From assembly GCF_021028975.2 (NCBI RefSeq), contig NC_059435.1, forward strand, positions 40,238,001-40,302,000: 64,000 nucleotides of DNA, given 5' to 3'. The notes under the pieces are model-generated. The model was not told the DNA's origin. It worked only from the letters and a program-made list of their open reading frames with translations, and did not search any database. Within the stretch, counting starts at the first letter, position 1, and each line of letters opens with the position of its first letter. Origin of the DNA: Sphaerodactylus townsendi. Lineage: Eukaryota. This document shows positions 11,812-25,468 of the stretch, one piece after another. A program made the position numbers and the translations under genes.

Positions 11812-13639
11812 TCTCCAAAGCCCTACTGTATTTTACTGATGAGGAAAGAGATTCGTGCACGCATTACTTGCCTGCAGGATCTAAAAGGTAGAGAAGGCGG
11901 CATCAAAGGGGGAGGGGAGGGGGATATGGCGCCTTCATAGCTCCAATAGAGAAATTGGGGCCGAGTATTGCTGAGTGTAATTTAAAAAAAAAGTAAAACA
12001 AAATAATATATTTATTCCAAGTCTGTTATTAAGTGATATGCTGCAACATAAAAACTTTCGTATCGTGTCTTCTCCGTCTGAATTTTAAGGAACTTCTCGC
12101 AAAAGTTGTATAAAGCGGTTTCGCCTCCTGTGTTTCATTTTGCGTGGCGCGCTGGGCGGCCGATTCAATGTTTGGGTCTACTTTAAATCATTCATTCTGC
12201 TTGATAACAGCTGCAAAACAAACGTCTCTTGTGAATGTAGGCAGCGGCCGTCTACCTGCTTCCTGCTCACCTTTCCCCGAGAAAGGAATACACGCGCAGC
12301 TGCCTCAAAAATGAGCGCGCCTTGTATGTCGGCAGGCAACCTGGGTCGTGTCTGTCGCCTTGGACGTCACATCACATCATAAGCTGGGAAATCTGTACTT
12401 AATTGGGGTCACTTTGTAGCATGATGCCGTGTTTTAGGAGCTCTGTATAAATAAATCGCGCCTGGAAAGTTTTTGGCTAAACTTGATCCATAAATTGTAT
12501 GTTACAATGTGTTTTTCCCCGATGCGTTTATTGTGAGCATTGAGGTATTCCGTGTTTTAAAAGAAAAAAATGGGGGGGAGGGGTTGAATGTGCGTGAATT
12601 CTCTTTGGAAGTACTTTGCTGTATTCAGTGTGTTTTATGTTACGCAGAAATAAAAATGCTTGTTGACAATGGATCCTTTTTCTTTGTTGTGTGTATGTAT
12701 GCACATGCGTGTACACAAATGAGCAAATGCCACCCTGCAGACGGAAAAATAACGTGCCTCTGCAATATCTGAAAACATTCCGTATCCCAGTCCTATTACT
12801 TGGGAGTAAGCACTTCTGTAGTCATAAGATCTACTTCAGTGTAATACGCCCAATATCTGAATGCAAGTAATGGTCTATCTGGCATGGGGAGGGGCGAGAG
12901 ACACCCACATTCTCAGTGAGGCATTAATATACTATATTCCAAGTGGATTTTTTTCCAAGTATGTATGGGGGGGTGGGGAGAGAAGTGTGCATTTAAAAGT
13001 TTATTCATCTGCATGGCAAGAAATCCATCGAATCACACTTTATCCCCTAGCGAAGTAACTAGCCCATGCACTTCAGTGATACTTCTAAGTATAAATAGGT
13101 ATCGGGTTAATAAAGTCTCCGTTTAGCCTTCGGAATATAAGAAGGTTTTAGATTTGGGGGATTTTTTCTATGACATAAACGGGAGTCCACATCTGGGCCG
13201 GTGGCAATGAGAAATTCCTGGGATAAAATGAATGAATACGGGAGGGTTAAGGCGCAGAGTCCATTAGCCCTTGGCCCAGGAAATATTATATAAATACCTA
13301 TATGTACGGATGTGTGAAACGCATACACAAGAAACTTTTATATCGCCAAATATTTTCCATACAAGCAGTTCTTTCCTTTTAATAAATCAGATCACCTGGT
13401 TTTAAAAAACAACCACCACCAAAGCACGATTAACAGTGGAATTGTGAAGAAAAATGTGCAAAAGGGCAAGGCGAAGAGTCCTGGAGAAGAAAACAGCCTT
13501 TGCAGGCTCTGGTATTCTCAGCGCCTTCAGCGCAATTTTCCTAATAATGGTGAAAAGGGAGTCCAAACGGTGGGTCCTTTAAAAATCTAGGTCTGCCTCT
13601 CTGGTAAAATGGCGCCTCTCTAAGTCCTGCCTCTTTCTT

Positions 13640-13810
13640 AGTGATGAGGAAAAGGCCATAAATCCGTTGTTGTTTATGAAAATTTACAACTTTGCAATAC
13701 AACTTTATGAGTGGCTGGGTTCCTCCATTGGTCGCCGACGGTCATGTGGATGGTAACCGTGAACATGAACTTTTTTATAATTTCCCTGGCGAGAATAGAG
13801 CTGCATTCTT
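13640..13810. promoter_or_regulatory. Conserved A7-A6 intergenic element (four-cluster-sequence-like; candidate distal promoter)
   Basis: CCATAAA/TTTATG/TTTAC Cdx-Hox sites, ATTGG + GTCATGTG module, and TGAACATGAACT direct half-sites. Recognised from memory as the conserved element upstream of Hox6 genes. Confidence 0.65.
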
Positions 13811-16800
13811 TAGCTCGGCTCTGTCCTGCTTCGGATCTCTCTGGCTTTTCAGTCCCCCCCCCCCACTGCACCCCCCTGGTTATCCTTTGTAAGTCAATAG
13901 AGAGCAGGGGGTATGGAGGTTCGACTTCAGCAGACGCGGCTCTTGGATGGCGATTTCCATCTCCTCCGCCGGAAGGTGTGGCGTACTGGATTCAAAGCGC
14001 TGGAGTGGCAGATTTTAAACTCGCAACCTGGCTAATTTCCTGCTTCTTCTGGCACCAGAAGGAGGGCGATTCGTCTCCGGTGCAGCCAAAACGACAGCTG
14101 TCAAAGTAAAAGGGACCCCTGCGAGCCAGAACCTAAAGGTGAGAAATGCAGAGAAATGAGCAAGCAAACCTGGCCACATTATACAAACTGCAATAGTAAC
14201 CTCTCTGTCTCTCTATATTTTTAAATATGTATGTATTATAATGTTCATCCAGCTTGGAGTGAATTGCTTCGGCGGAAGGCTCAGTCTAGGAGATTAAGAC
14301 TGAGCGCGGAATGGGAACGGAGACCAAGGAGCCTCTTCCTCATTTCAGCCATGTCAATCAGGCATTTTGTTTATTAATGTACAAAATTATTATATTAGTG
14401 GAGTTGAAAAAGTCATCTAATTAAATGCTACATTCTTAGAATCACAGAATGCGCCTTACAACCACCAACAAACCTGTGTTGTATTTTCGTGCTGAATTTG
14501 GGTTTGATGTTTATAAGGTTTTTTTTTTTTAAAGGGGTTATATAATATTTTTCATGTCAAGAAAATCTCCATAGGCGCCTCATTTTAGATGGAGATCAAT
14601 TCCGCTAACATCAGATAATCTGTTTGGAATCGGTTGGTTTTATTTTTAGATCAATGACGGTACACAGTATTGGTTATGTCTTGCATACAGTTTGGAACCC
14701 GGATAGTATTATAGACTTTTTAAAAACTCTGGAAATGTGGTTTATTCGTTAATTGCAATGACGACTGAAATACAATAGGGGACTGTATTGCAGATACTCA
14801 CAGTGTAGCTTTTTTAAAGGGGAGGGGAATAGAAGGGGGATGAAATAGGACGACATTCTCTTTAAAACTCGTGGGGGGGGGAAGAGGAATGTGTGGTGGT
14901 AGATGTGAATGTAAGATTTTCTCAGGACTCATAATGTCTGTTTCGCCCATTTTGTATTGTTGTTCCAATCGTTTTCGAGGCGGAAAATATTTACGATTGT
15001 GCAGTCTTGCAATATTCCTATCTTCAAATATTCATTACTGTTGATAAAAATGAGCAGCGAGGGTCCATAATGTCCAAAAACGATGGGTTTCTCCTGTGTT
15101 TTCTCCGAACTGGAGAAGAATTACGTGCGTATTTCCATTGCAGTGTCTGCTTGACTGCAGCTGCAGTGAATGTCGGATTATTTATCGGCGAGAGCAGGGT
15201 ACTCAGTGCTGCCACGGTGTGGCCGAAGTGGGTACTAGGCGGGGAGCGGGCCAAAAGCAAGCGCCTGTTTAAAGGAAAACCTAGCGGATTGCTTACCGCT
15301 GGCAATTCTCGTTTTTAAATCGGCTTGCAGTTGTCTCATCTAACTTTCTCTCCTTAAGGGATATTTTTCCACCGGTGATTTAAAAGCGATGCGCGTGGGT
15401 GAAGGGGGAGCTGAATTATGAATGATGTGATTGAACTAGATGTTCTAGCAAAGTGAACGCTGGGGGTTACTAGCACACGTTCAACCTAAACAACGGCTGG
15501 GATTGTGAGATCTGTTTGGATTAGCGGCTATTAGGTAAAAGTTGCTTTCTGTTACATCTCGGAACATGAGACGGATTTGTAAGTGGATTTGTACCTTGAA
15601 GGAAAGAGGCTTTTAAGCTTAAGTGGGTAACTGCGCACCCCACCCCACCCCCGCACCTGTATCCTAACTTTGTTTGACTGATGGCTTCGATTGAATAAAA
15701 TGCTGAAGGGAAACGTGATGTGAGCATTAGAGGGGCAGTCACACTATTGCAAAAAAAATGTATCCTGATATTAAAGGAGTATTTGGGTTTCTCAAACAAA
15801 ATGTGTTGCTTTGAATGGGTCTGTTTGTTGAGTCTGTTTATCTCTTTCCTCTCAGCGAGGTTTCCCGCAGAAGGGCCTCTGGGAAGGAAGGTAGCGTCTC
15901 TGGCAGCGCTGCTGTTGAGCAGATGTGGGTCTCGAGGCTCTGCTGGGGGGGGAGGCTTTGACTCATAACAGACGTGGATGTTATTCATTCATTGGAATGA
16001 AACCAAGATATTGGGGAGGGGGGGCGGTATTTGCTAGCTAACCTATGTTCATCGTATTTGCCCGCCGCTCTTTTCCTTCGCAGAGATGTTTTCTTGGATT
16101 ATGCTGATCAATTTTGCCACTGACGGGTTCAAAAGAAATCCAAAGAGATCTCCGGCGCCTTCCCTGGATTTAGCAGCCAGTTTCCTGGCTCGTCTTATTA
16201 GGTTTCCAAGCCTCTCATCCAAGCTGTGTACGGGATGACGGGGGGGGGGGGGGACAGCTCCCACTGTCAGCAGCAGAAGAGAAAATCTAGCTGTGCTAAA
16301 ACTTTTCTTAAAAGTGGACCAGTAAGAGACATGACTGTAGCTGGACAGTGGAGACCCCTTTTATCCCCTTTCAGTTCCTTCTCTCCTCACTACTGTGTTA
16401 ACTTCACTAAAAGCTGTTGTTTTTGCTGTTGGGCTGGCGTCGTAAAAATCTCTGAAAAGCGATTTATTTTTATTTTCCACGATGGTTGTTTTCCTGTTTT
16501 TAAATTGACGTCTATCCCCCACCCGCCCCTGTGTTGTCAATTGCACTTATGGGTTACGTTTTAGTTGTGGCTTTTAGTTAAGAATGGAGGGGAAGTCCTT
16601 TGAAAAATCACGATTGGAGGCAATCGAGAGTTCCCTGTGAAACTCCAGTCGGGGCACAAACAATGCGCACGATTGTGGCGGGGGAGGGGGGGTTGTTTTA
16701 ACTTACTGCTGTTTTATAGATGCCGTAATCGGACTCCGGAAATGAAACAATCCAATCCGAGTCTCAACAGCCACAACCCCCACCCCCCCACCTTCCCAAA

Positions 16801-18274
16801 GCCAATTGAGGGCCGGTTATTACAGAGCCCATTCATTCCGCCAAGCCGGTTGAAAGCAGAAAGTTTCGGCAAGTGTGAAAACCACGTCAATTCGCACCAC
16901 GAGGAAAGGGGCTGGTGGGGATCTGCTTTTAGAACTGGGGGCCGAAGGTGTGGGGTGTGTGTGTGTGAAGAAGGGCTCCCCTCCTGACTCTTTCTTTAAA
17001 GCGCCCCTTCGAACTGCAGGCCCCAATGGGAGCTTGCATTGAAGTGAGTCTGAAATTATTTGCCAGGATAGAGATGGAACATGCCAAGTCAGAGGTTGGC
17101 TGGTCTAAAAATGAAAAGCAACCCGGCTGAATTAAAACGTCAGAACTCACAGCCAAAGGAAGTCATTTCTGAAAGTACTCCTGGATTCAGGCTTTGGGAG
17201 GGGAAGGCAGGGGAAAGATGCGGCCCTCTTCCTTTATTTTCCTACCGGATTCCGATAACAACACACCTTTTTTTTTCCCTCAAAAAGAACCAATAGGATT
17301 ACCTTTGCGGTAACCTTTTCCTCCCTTCGAAACGGCGGCTCAGTTCCTTAGGAGAGGATTTTCGGCCAAAGCCCGGCCAAAGGAAGAGTGGCCCCAGCAG
17401 ATGCAGCCCCCTGTTTCTTGTCCGGTTCCTGCTACTCTAGGAAACTGTCCGTGCGGGATTAAAACTAATTGCCCCGAAAGGAAACGTTTGGGGCCAGCGG
17501 TTTCTGTGCAGAGCAGTTTATTCCTCTGGTGTGACTCACGTGCGGAGGGGAGGCAGTAAAAACTGAATATTTGAAAGGAGAGCTCCTATCTAACACTTCT
17601 TGAATTCAGATTGTTTTAAACTGCCTTTAAGGGAAAATACAAACAAACGAACCCTAAGCCCTCAGGTACCACGCGTTTAGCTTTCAATCGACTGCTTTGC
17701 TTTTATCTGTGGGGAGGGGGGGTGAGCCCCAATAATCCAAAGGGGAGAGGGGGGGAGTTTCCTGGCTGCTCCCTGACCAGCCTTCAGTTGGTACTCCCCA
17801 ACTTTGCAGAAGACTTCCTCGGGTTCCCACGGCCAGGTGCCCCCTGCCCCCGAGTTCCTCAGGGCCTCGGTGTAGTCGATCAAACGACCCTGAAATACCT
17901 CCCCCCTCCTGACAACTCACACTCACTCATACGCGCCCCCCCCCCCAGTCCTCTCCGACTCCGGCCCCTCCCTTTCTTGGCATTGGGAAGGGTGGCTGCT
18001 GCGCGTTGCCATCCATCTCCCGGGCTCCGGCGGCGGGGGGGGGGAGGGGGGTTGGCTGTTGTTTGTAACTTTGCTGGCTCGGTGGCGGCGGGTCCCAGGG
18101 GAGAAGGCCCTCCGCCGCTCACTCATTGGTCGCCCGGCCGTCAGCTGGTGCGATTTGCTGCTGTCGCTTTTGGCGCTCGGCCATCCAGAAACAAACCACT
18201 CGGATGACTACTAATAGTTATAGCCAGATGTACTAATACACAACAAATCACGGTCCGGGGTCTGGGGAGCGCCC

Positions 18275-18740
18275 ATGAGTTCCTATTTCGTGAATCCCTC
18301 GTTCCCGGGGAGCTTGCCCAGCGGGCAAGAGTCTTTCCTGGGGCAGATCCCCCTCTACCCCGCCGGCTACGAGGCTCTGAGGCACTTCCCCGCCTCTTAT
18401 GGGGCCGGCAGCCTGCCGGACAAGAGCTACTCCTCACCTTGTTTCTACCAACAGTCCACCAACACGGTCCTCGCCTGCAACCGGCCCTCCTATGACTATG
18501 GCGGCTCCTGCTTCTACGCCGACAAGGACCTGGGCGCCGCCGCCGCCGCCGCCGCCGCCTCGCCCTCCGGCAGTGGCAAGCAGAGGGCCGGCCACCCTGG
18601 GGACTATCTGCCCTGCTTTGCTCCCGATCAGCAGTTCAAGCCCGAGAGCGGGCCGGCCAAAGCCCTAAATGACGAAGGCGGCGACCGGAAGTACTCGAGC
18701 CCTGTTTATCCCTGGATGCAAAGGATGAACTCCTGTGCTG
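18275..18740 (+). CDS. HOXA6: Homeobox protein Hox-A6, coding exon 1 (join 18275..18740,20211..20470; 241 aa)
   Basis: [24 protein letters not shown] start and [12 protein letters not shown] hexapeptide. Donor GCTG|GTAAGT at 18740/18741. Confidence 0.95.
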
Positions 18741-20185
18741 GTAAGTCAGGGGGATGCCATCGAGAAGGGGGGTGGGGAGTGGGAGGTGGGGGGGGGAGAG
18801 TCGGGGGCGGCGAGTAGGGTTTTTTTTTCCTCCATGGAGTGAGACGGTTTTGGGAATGGATATCCTTTTGATTCGGGCTGTCTCTGAAGAGCAATGAAAC
18901 CTACAAGCCAATGGGTAACCTGAGACGCTCCCCCAGGTTCTTTTCCAACCTGACACTTGAACTATCTTGGAACAAACACTCTTTTCTTAACAACAAACTG
19001 CCACCAGCTTGGGCCCAGAGAGGAAGGCTGCATTCCTAAACACACTTCAGTGAAAGCCAGTTCAATTAACTTAAGTATGATGGACTTCCAAGTGATTAAC
19101 TCAAAGATTTGATCGTAATGGCCATAGTACTAGTGACAATACACAGATTCCTCCTTCTATGACACGCAAAGAGTGATGCTAAAGACGGTCCCTTCCTTAT
19201 TGACTACTCTGTATATTTGCCAGGCGCTCTGTCTCTGCCCCCTCCCTGCATCCACTCATTAGTGTGTACGTATTAGCGACTTGGATGCACTGTTTCTATC
19301 ATATGTGCGTCCACAGACAAATCATGGGGCTGGGAGAATGGCAGTGGAGAAAGAAACTGGATCAATGGTGAAATTCCCACTGATTTCAATGGATCAGAAT
19401 TTCATCCTCTGTCCTGTTTTATGTGGAAGTTTCAAATGGATAGCAAAGGAGAGAGAGAGAGAGAGACACTTGCAAGAATATAAACTTCAGAAGCTCTTCA
19501 GTAAAGTGGCATGGCTTTAAAAAAATCAGCGTTGTAGGTGCTGACGTCCTTTCAGAATACACAATGCAGTCAATTTCAGCCATGTAGTAATTTTAGAGTA
19601 GATTTCTTAAGAAATTATGATGTCTGATTAATCTAAGGCTCATAAATCTGTAGACTTACTTGGAAGTAGACATCACTGCAGTCAAGGAGACTTGCAATGT
19701 GTGTAGGACCGCACTGTCAGTTTGCTAAAGCTACCTTGCTACAAATGGTCAGGATCCCCTCGCAAGCCCCACTCATTTGAACAGGAGAGGGTTAAGTCCA
19801 GGCATTGGTTTAGATCTCCCACTAAAACCAGTGGGGCTTGAAGAGGCTCAATTTGGGTTGGATCCTGCCCCAGTATTCTTCTTAGTGTTTGCAAGTTCCC
19901 CGCAAAGAGCCCTATGAAATGTAACAGGCAAGGCCGCAAACAGTACATGGGTGAGCCACTGGGAAATTTCCCTGGTCAGCGCTCTGTGAAATTTAGCTGT
20001 TCCTTTATCTGGTTCCCCAAAACCGCTCCTATATTAAGAAATGAAGGACATTTATACACAATCTGAGAAGCCCATGAGCCTCTGCTATAGAGTTTGTAGG
20101 GAAGGGAAAAAATAAGTTTCAAGAGCATCAAGAAAACAAGTTTCTTGATGCTCAGCCACCGAAAGCTTTAGGCCAGCTCGACTGA

Positions 20186-20470
<285 letters not shown>

Positions 20471-22282
20471 AACCTTAAGCAGAATTAACAGACCTTGCCT
20501 TGGTATCTTTGCTCCTCTAATACCCCCTCCCTTTCCTGGTCCTGCGATTCTTTCCACTAACCCCCCCCCCCCAGCTTTTGTGTATCTTTTTAAAACTCTG
20601 ATGATTCTGAAAGGCTTTATTAAAATATATACATATAGAGATGTACATATAGAGATGTATTTGCAGTAAACTGTGAATCCCTCGATCAATAGGATTACTG
20701 CGTTGAGAAGGGAGTGGGGCGCATGGTCAGGTCCCCGCCGTGTAGCGGGTTGTGCTCCAAGCGCATCAGATCCCTTTTACAAGCACACAGACCCGGTTTG
20801 GGAAGACGGAGCACCTGGCCTGAAGAGCTCGCAGGCAAAATGCACAAGCCTCCAAGCTCTAAGGATGGCCAGGGGTGGGCAGGCGTCACGACCGCCTTCG
20901 CTGCTAGCCCGGGGTTGGGGATTGCTCGTTTATTGTGCCCCCAATCCCGTTACTGGGACATGGGACCCACCGGTTTCCACGGGACTGCCCGAGCATCCTG
21001 AATGCTGCGAGTTAAGAAAATGTCTTTCTTTGGACATTTGATTCCAACACGTAATTAGGACAGACGAAGGGAGAATGAAATGTCACACTCAAGCGTATTA
21101 TTTCCAAGATATCTTTAAAAATGTTGGTGATTCACCAGCTGTATTTTCAAACTCACTTAAAAATACTCAAAGACCTGCTTTTTTCCACTTTAAGTCATCG
21201 CTGTAATCAAAATCATGTAAATCCTAGAAGGGTTAATTGTGGAGGCAGGCACATTTCTAAAGAAAAGGTGCTTATTGACTATCGGGAGAAATATATATAT
21301 TTTCCATTTTGGAGACGAGCAGTGAATGGAGCCGACCATAGAACGTAGCAAATGGCTAGAATAGAGAACTGTGTGTTTTCTCCCTCCCCTTCGTGTTCTG
21401 TTAAATTCCATCATAATAATAGCAGTAGTAATAATCTAGAATGGCAGCTCTGATCGTAGGATTTCATGTGGATTGTTATATTGATAGTGGAAGGAGAAGG
21501 CGCGGTCTCCCTCTCACAGCAATGCTGAGGAAACGTAGCCTGGTATATACATGTATGTGTGTTTGGCGTTCTATATATATATATGTATATGTATAAATAT
21601 AAATATATAGAATCATGAGGATCTTTTTTGATATGCAAAATGCTGCATTTGAGTGCCAGTTCTGAATTTTTTAAAAAGTGAACTCCCAAACAATATCTTT
21701 TTGCCAACAGATGCGTTATGCAAAAAGCAAATAGGAGTAGGAATGGCGATGGTGGCTAAATTCTATTAGATTTTCCACCCTTTGTGAAAGTATATCATGC
21801 GACACTTCTATTGAAGTCGAGTTGCTATTTCAAAGCTTCAGGTCGTAAAATACAGCTCGATCGATTCCCCCCTCCCATTTTTAAGCGCTGCCTCAGCAAT
21901 TGGTGCGGGAATGCTGAGATTTATTCTTTCCTCCTTCCTCTCCAAAAACTCTTTAATTTTTTAAAAAATTAAAGTTATTTTACTTCGAATTTACAATCTC
22001 TAGCAGACTAGAAATGCCCCAATAATAATAATAATATAAAACAAAACAAAAAGAAAGGTTTCAAAAGAAACGGTTTTGAAAATAAAGGCTGAATATATTT
22101 CCCCCTCCGCTTCTGCATTCTTGCCGGTTTTATGATCTGGAGCCGATAGCCCTTAACAATTGGGACGTACTAATGGAACTGTGAGAGAGATGCCATAATT
22201 TTGCTATAATGGGCTGTAACCTCGATTCGACCCCAGCCCTGCTGCAGCCCTTAACCGGGAAGGGTGAAGATCTCGCTTGTCT

Positions 22283-22296
22283 CCAGAGGGTGGCGC
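22283..22296 (+). promoter_or_regulatory. CTCF-like site between HOXA6 and HOXA5 (candidate C5|6 boundary)
   Basis: CCAGAGGGTGGCGC, 12/14 match to the CTCF core, about 320 bp upstream of the HOXA5 ATG. Same orientation as the site at 4715. Confidence 0.6.
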
Positions 22297-22378
22297 ACGA
22301 GGCCGACTGACAGTCTGCAGCTGGCGGCGGGCACGCGCGGCGGGCACGCGCCCCAGCGCTTCTGCATCCGCCCCACTC

Positions 22379-22574
22379 NNNNNNNNNNNNNNNNNNNNNN
22401 NNNNNNNNNNNNNNNNNNNNNNNNNNNNNNNNNNNNNNNNNNNNNNNNNNNNNNNNNNNNNNNNNNNNNNNNNNNNNNNNNNNNNNNNNNNNNNNNNNNN
22501 NNNNNNNNNNNNNNNNNNNNNNNNNNNNNNNNNNNNNNNNNNNNNNNNNNNNNNNNNNNNNNNNNNNNNNNNNN
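22379..22574. other. Assembly gap (196 N) covering HOXA5 core promoter/5'UTR
   Basis: Run of N. Confidence 0.99.
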
Positions 22575-22610
22575 AAGAGCCACAAATCAAGCCCCCCGAT
22601 CAAAAAACAA

Positions 22611-23265
22611 ATGAGCTCTTATTTTGTAAACTCATTCTGCGGTCGCTATCCAAATGGCCCGGACTACCCGTTACATAATTATGGAGATCCCAGTGCCGTG
22701 AGCGAGCAATTCAGAGAATCCTCCAGCATGCATTCCGGCAGGTACGGTTACGGCTACAATGGCATGGATCTCAGCGTCGGCCGCTCGGCTGCTTCCAGCC
22801 ACTTTGCGCCAGGCGGGGGCACGGAGAGGGCGCGCCCAGCTTACGCCGCCAACAGCACCTCCGCCGCCCCCGAGGCCAGGTACCCCAGCCGGGCGGCGGC
22901 CACAGCCACGACGACCCACTCGCCTCCGCCTGACCCGCTGCCCTGCGCCGCCGTGGCCACCTCGCCTGTCAGCGGCGACGCTCCGCACGGCGGCGTGAAA
23001 AACTCGACCAGCACTTCGTCCACCTCCAGCACCAGCAGCAGCCACGCCACTACCACCAGCAGCAGCAGCAGCAGCAGCCACGCCACCAGCGGCGCTGGCA
23101 ACCCCCACCTAGGCAGAGATGGGCTCAGCACGTCGCCAGGCACCGAAGACGACGCCCCGGCCGGCAGCGAGCAGGCGAACCCCCAGCAGAGCGACCAAAG
23201 CCCAGCCCAGCAGCCTCCACAGCCCCAGATCTACCCTTGGATGAGAAAACTGCACATAAGCCATG
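22611..23265 (+). CDS. HOXA5: Homeobox protein Hox-A5, coding exon 1 (join 22611..23265,24303..24553; 301 aa)
   Basis: [19 protein letters not shown] start and [13 protein letters not shown] hexapeptide. Donor CATG|GTAAAA at 23265/23266. Confidence 0.96.
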
Positions 23266-24046
23266 GTAAAAGCATGCCCGGACCCAATCCAGGCGGCGGG
23301 GTGGGGGCGGGACGGGGTTCGCCAGAAACAAGCTGGGCTCCTTCACCAGAGACGCGCCTGCGAGTCCTCGCACGGGGCGCGGGGGGGTGTTCTGGAGGGC
23401 GCCTGTGAGCTCTGTGGTGTGGGGGGAGATTCGATCCTGGCAACTAGCGGTGCTGTCCGAGGCAAGTGGCGACCGGGCAGGGCGAGCCAGCCTCTTCTGA
23501 CAACTCCCTCAAGTCTCCAGGGCTGTGAGGTGTCGTTCAAATGGCAGGGAAAGAGAAAGGCAGACCTGAATAGTGGGTGTCAGCCTCGGTAATTTATGGC
23601 GAGGACTGTCCAGTGAAAAACAGCGTTACTAATTATATCAAAAAAGAAGTTGGGCAAATATAGAAAGGGTGTGTGTGCGTGTGTGTGTGTGTGTTGGGGA
23701 GAATTCTCTGGGCGGAAAGGAAGTCGAAGAAAACTTCAGAAGGGGGCGGGGGGGGGGAGCTCTGCAATCGCCAAGAATTTGGAAGTCACTCTCGCTGCTT
23801 TAGAGTTTCCCCTAAAGTCTGCTTGGAAATGGTCCTCGCAGGGATGAGTGGGCGACTTCCTTTTGCAACCTGGTCAAATAAGCAGTCAAAAAACCGAGTC
23901 CAGCAAAGAGTGCGCCCGGATTGTGCGCCTGCTGGTAGGAAGGCAGTCCCTGGGAAGCGTAGGATACCCACTCCACAGTAAGACTGGCGAAGGAGTCCCG
24001 GGAGGGGAGCCCAGCATGCTTTTTGCCCCAGTTGCCTCTGGATTGA

Positions 24047-24553
<507 letters not shown>

Positions 24554-25128
24554 GAGCCAGCCCGGCCCGGCTCCTTCCTCCCCGCAAAGGGAGGAAGGGG
24601 GGGAGTGGGGGGGAGAAAGTACTGAGAGCAGCATGAGACGAGCTGACCCGGCGCGGAATGTCAGTCGCCGGTTTCTCTCTCCCCCGCCCGTCTCTCGTCC
24701 CTTCTCGCCCCCTTTTACGTTGACTCTCCCCAACTTCCCTGGGAGGCTTCGCCGAGGAAGCTCCCCCGTCATTTTTGAATCATGAGCCTGCTTAATTCAG
24801 CCTCCCTAGCGCGTGTTACCAGTAGACCTGCTCCCCCCGTGCATTTCTTTGTCTTGAATGGCTTTGTCGGGGGGGGGGGGGATGTAGATGTTTTAACTTA
24901 TTTATATGAAGCGAGTTGTGTTACTTGAAGTAACTGTTAAAGGGGGGGGGGAACCTACACACATACACAAAGGCCCGGAGAGAGATCTCCTCCCCCCTTC
25001 TCTCTCTCCCCCGTCCTGTTTTAGCCCCCCCCCTCTGTGTTGCACTCGCTTGTGCTTAACTGTGCATGTGTGTTCAAAGTGTCAGTGTCTGTATAGCTCC
25101 AAGCTGTGACCAAGATTTCCAATCCAAA

Positions 25129-25136
25129 ACTACCTA
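25129..25136 (+). promoter_or_regulatory. miR-196 8mer seed site in HOXA5 3'UTR
   Basis: ACTACCTA between the stop (24553) and the AATAAA (25463). Confidence 0.65.
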
Positions 25137-25462
25137 AATTTCCTGTGTCATTAATGGCTGTTGTAGAGGTGAAATGATGAAATACAACTGAACGTGTCCT
25201 AACGTGTAGTGAATAGTGAATCTGTGACGAAAACTGTGATTCCAGACAGTATGTCCTTGCTGTGCCTTTGTATATGACTCTTTGCACGAACTTTTAGAGG
25301 TGGATTTGATTCAGCTCAGCTCCAGTAACGTCTAGTTATTTCTTTCCTTCTTTTCTTTTTGTGAACAAAGTTAAAAATAGAGTCAAGGTCTGGCTGTTTG
25401 AGCAAAAATGTGATCGGCTTTTTAAAAAACCAATGTTTTTTTTTTAAAGTACTGACTGGACA

Positions 25463-25468
25463 AATAAA
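25463..25468 (+). terminator. HOXA5 polyadenylation signal
   Basis: AATAAA followed by U-rich sequence. Confidence 0.75.

Noticed and set aside
17995-18025. CTCF motif at the HOXA6 promoter (GCGTTGCCATCCATCTC)
   Set aside because: Only the ATGGCA half matches; too many mismatches in the CCASYAG half.
22130-22678. ORFs containing long X runs (also near 40.5 kb and 45.5-49.7 kb)
   Set aside because: Artefacts of N gaps.
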